NCBI GenBank assembly: GCA_043228905.1
Contig: JBHGNT010000020.1
Coordinates: forward strand, 1,240,001-1,304,000
Direction of reading: 5' to 3'
Source of the DNA: Azolla caroliniana
Lineage: Eukaryota; Plantae; Polypodiophyta
DNA: 64,000 bases
Part shown: piece by piece, positions 61,301-64,000 of the stretch
How positions within the stretch are numbered: position 1 is the first letter of the stretch
Layout of the letters: every line of letters starts with the position of its first letter
Made by a program: the position numbers and the translations under genes
Notes under the pieces: generated by a model
The model's input: the letters and a program-made list of their open reading frames with translations, nothing else
Told to the model about the DNA's origin: nothing
Database searches by the model: none

Positions 61301-64000
61301 GGGCAGGCTCTGTGTAGCTCCTCCGTGGCGCGCGTTGTTGCCCATATCTTCCACCCGTGTTTGGTGTTGATCGGCCACTTTCCCTTCTTGAAGAAGTCCA
61401 TGGACATCAAGTTGATCTCCGAACCATTCTCTACCAACGCCACCACCAGCTCCTAGACGTCCCCGATCTGAACAAGGGTTTCTGTAGTGGCCCTAGCCCA
61501 ATGCAGCCTCGAGTAGTGGCTTTCCACCAACTCGTCCTCCAGGGCCATGTCTTCTAGGTGCGTCGTTTGCTTCTCCGGCTCCGGCTCCGGCTCCATCGAA
61601 AGCCTTTTCCACTTCACCAAGTCTATGATGGAGTCATGGAACTCCTTCTTGGCGATACCAAGCATTTCCCTCAGCGACAACTCCACTTTGTTGTCGAGGA
61701 GCCGTTCCTTCAGGACCTTTCATAGGTCCGTGATCCTTTTGATCTCTGTGCTCAACCGGTAACCGGCCTTCTTGGCCTTGTCCGGTGCACTAGATGCACC
61801 GACATCATTCTGCTTCAGCCCAAACCGCGTCTCATACCATTGTGAGGGTCCAGCCCCCCCGGTCTTTCCCGCACGCTTGTCTTCCACCAGAACCTCGTAG
61901 TTCTGGCACGCAGCTTCCACAAAGCCCATCTTCTCTTCGACCGGGTTACTCCACCCGGTTATCTCCCGGACCCGTCTTTCCGCGCGGTCCGCTTCCTCTT
62001 TCTTTAGTCGTACGCTGGCTAGGCCTTCCAGCATCAACGGCTAGAACCCGAAGGCCTTCGTTTTCCGGACTTCATCACTCCCGACCCCGATTCCCACCGA
62101 CGCCGAGTAGTGGATGGTCTCCGCGTGGCAAACCGCCACTTCCTCCATGAGCCGTTTCATCCCCGCTCCTCCGACGTTCAGATCCAAGGCCCTCCGGGTT
62201 TCGCTAGCGTGTACCCGCATGTTCCACAGGTACACCACGTTGGCCCTTATCGCTTCGGCGAAGTCCTCGCAGTCCTTTCGGGCGTGGCCGACCGCGTCGC
62301 ACCACAAGCACTGATGCCCAACCGAAAGCCTTCGCTCACGATCTTGTTCACCGATGTCCCTCCGTGCCTATGCAATCTGGAGGTCCCTCACCATCTGAGT
62401 CAACTCCTCTAGAGCCGCTCCACCGGATAGGCCTTTGACCACGCTGGTCGAAGTCGAGCCGGTCTCGAGCCAGTCTTGGGTCTCCTCCCTTCGCGCCGGT
62501 GGGGGTACCTTGAGCTTCCTTGCCGCAACAGAACCCGCCCCCGATGAGCCTTTATCAACCCACTCACGCCGTTTGTCGAAACGACCGCAGACTCTCGTCA
62601 CCATGGCCCAGTCGGTTGTTAGCCCTTCATCGGTCTCCAGCAGGAGGTCCACTTGCTCCCGGTCCCTCACGTCCACCGATTTAACAAATAATAGGACACG
62701 ACTTGTGTCCAATGCGGTCCGGTCCAGTGCCGAAAGACCCACGAAGTGTTCTTCAAACTCCCAGAGGAGCACCGACGCGTTTCTCCCCTTTTCGGGGGTC
62801 TCCACCCATTCCATGAAGCCCCGCTTTGATAGCTAAAGTGTGTCATCAAGCTCGTATTTCTCAAGAAGCTGACCTTCAAACTCTCCCCATGTCCAGCTCT
62901 CAGCCCATACCTCGAGCACCTCCGCGTGGATGCCTGGCATCACCACCTGAGTGAATCCAGCCAGTCGCCAGTCTTCCGGAATGTCCCTCATCACCATTTC
63001 GGCTCGGTAGGCCTCCAAGTAGCTCGTGGCGTCCTTTCCACCGAACCAGCCCATCGTGTCGACGATTGCTTCAATAGCCCTATCGAGGGCACCTGTGCCT
63101 TCACACGAACTCACTAATCGATCTACAGCTGAAACCATGGTCTCTGCAAGCTCCGTTCCCCTCATCTTTTCTATTCCTCTGCCGCCTGTTCACGTCGGGT
63201 TCACCAACTATGTGGCATTGTTACGCATGTGTGTATAGAACGAGGCGGGACCACGAGGATCTTGGATCGAGGAATAACTGATAAGGAGTAGGAGCAAGAA
63301 AGACAACGGTCGTGCTTCCACACACACACACACACACATACACAGAAACCGCAACCGAATGAAACAACGGAAAGGAGACGAATGCGTATATGTATATATA
63401 TATATTCTAATGAAAAAGGGGTTACAACCGGCAAGCCGATGAGCAACAATCTCCTACGCCTACGCACACGCACATAGAAGAGCGAGATGGAGATTCTGCC
63501 CGAAGCACTCGGGTGTTCCGCGGAGCAGAATCAGCCTCCCAAAAACCTACACAGATCAAATACAGAGAAAGTCGGAGGAGAAGAGCTCAGTCCTAGTTTG
63601 ACAACACTTCGTCCTCGACAAAAGCGATCCCCTTTTACGATTCCTCTCCCTCTCTTTTATAGCCCAAGGAGGGAGGCCGTTACAACTTGTTACATCATCT
63701 TTATTCTCTGTCCTTTCAAATAGAGATATGCCTCAATTTCCTACCTATCAAATCCGTGCGACCTAGGATATTCACATCAGCCGACTTGTACCTAAATATG
63801 TACATTACAACAAAACTTGTGCCCGTGTGTAAGGGCCGGTTCGTGCACATCCTTCTCCGATTCCGCCTAGGGACGATTTTCTCCACGACACCGGAAAATT
63901 GCAAGTTTTCCGGAAAGCAAAGCCCAAAGACAAAGGCAGAGAAGTCGGATATGACAAAGATACCATATACCTCTACCGTCGGAAGCTTACAGTACGCAAT

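Larger units (their letters stand above)
50258..64000 (-). mobile_element. Decayed tRNA-Trp-primed Ty3/gypsy element (5' LTR from 63211, apparently running past the window end; PBS 63189-63206) hosting nested insertions
   Basis: gag 63165-61450, PR ENGSEINLM, RT PQGGTNS/PFLDDIPIKG at 59394-60440, RH/INT continuing at 51218-50460. Confidence 0.9.

Overview
Eukaryotic, transposon-dense plant DNA, most likely from a seed-free plant such as a fern; this is inferred from the retrotransposon lineages and intron style, not proven. Most of the window is nested LTR retrotransposons: several tRNA-Trp-primed Ty3/gypsy elements on the - strand, a chromovirus-like fragment, decayed Ty1/copia pieces, and one young full-length copia (43237-48571, 1357-aa ORF). 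One apparently intact host gene is present, a short trimethylguanosine synthase (TGS1-like), with a duplicated pseudo-exon. Three things stand out. (1) A decayed Sola-like (DDD) DNA transposon with two divergent genes: a transposase with a C-terminal Tudor/BAH-like barrel, and a spliced ParB/Srx-like gene. (2) That element interrupts a ~4.5 kb tRNA-Asn-derived satellite with higher-order structure and at least one well-formed tRNA-Asn(GTT). (3) Four different LTR types carry a tRNA-like A-box/B-box module, two of them next to heat-shock-element arrays. Most short ORFs in the supplied track are shadows of repeats or decayed TEs. Coordinates were read by eye, and boundaries marked ~ are approximate.
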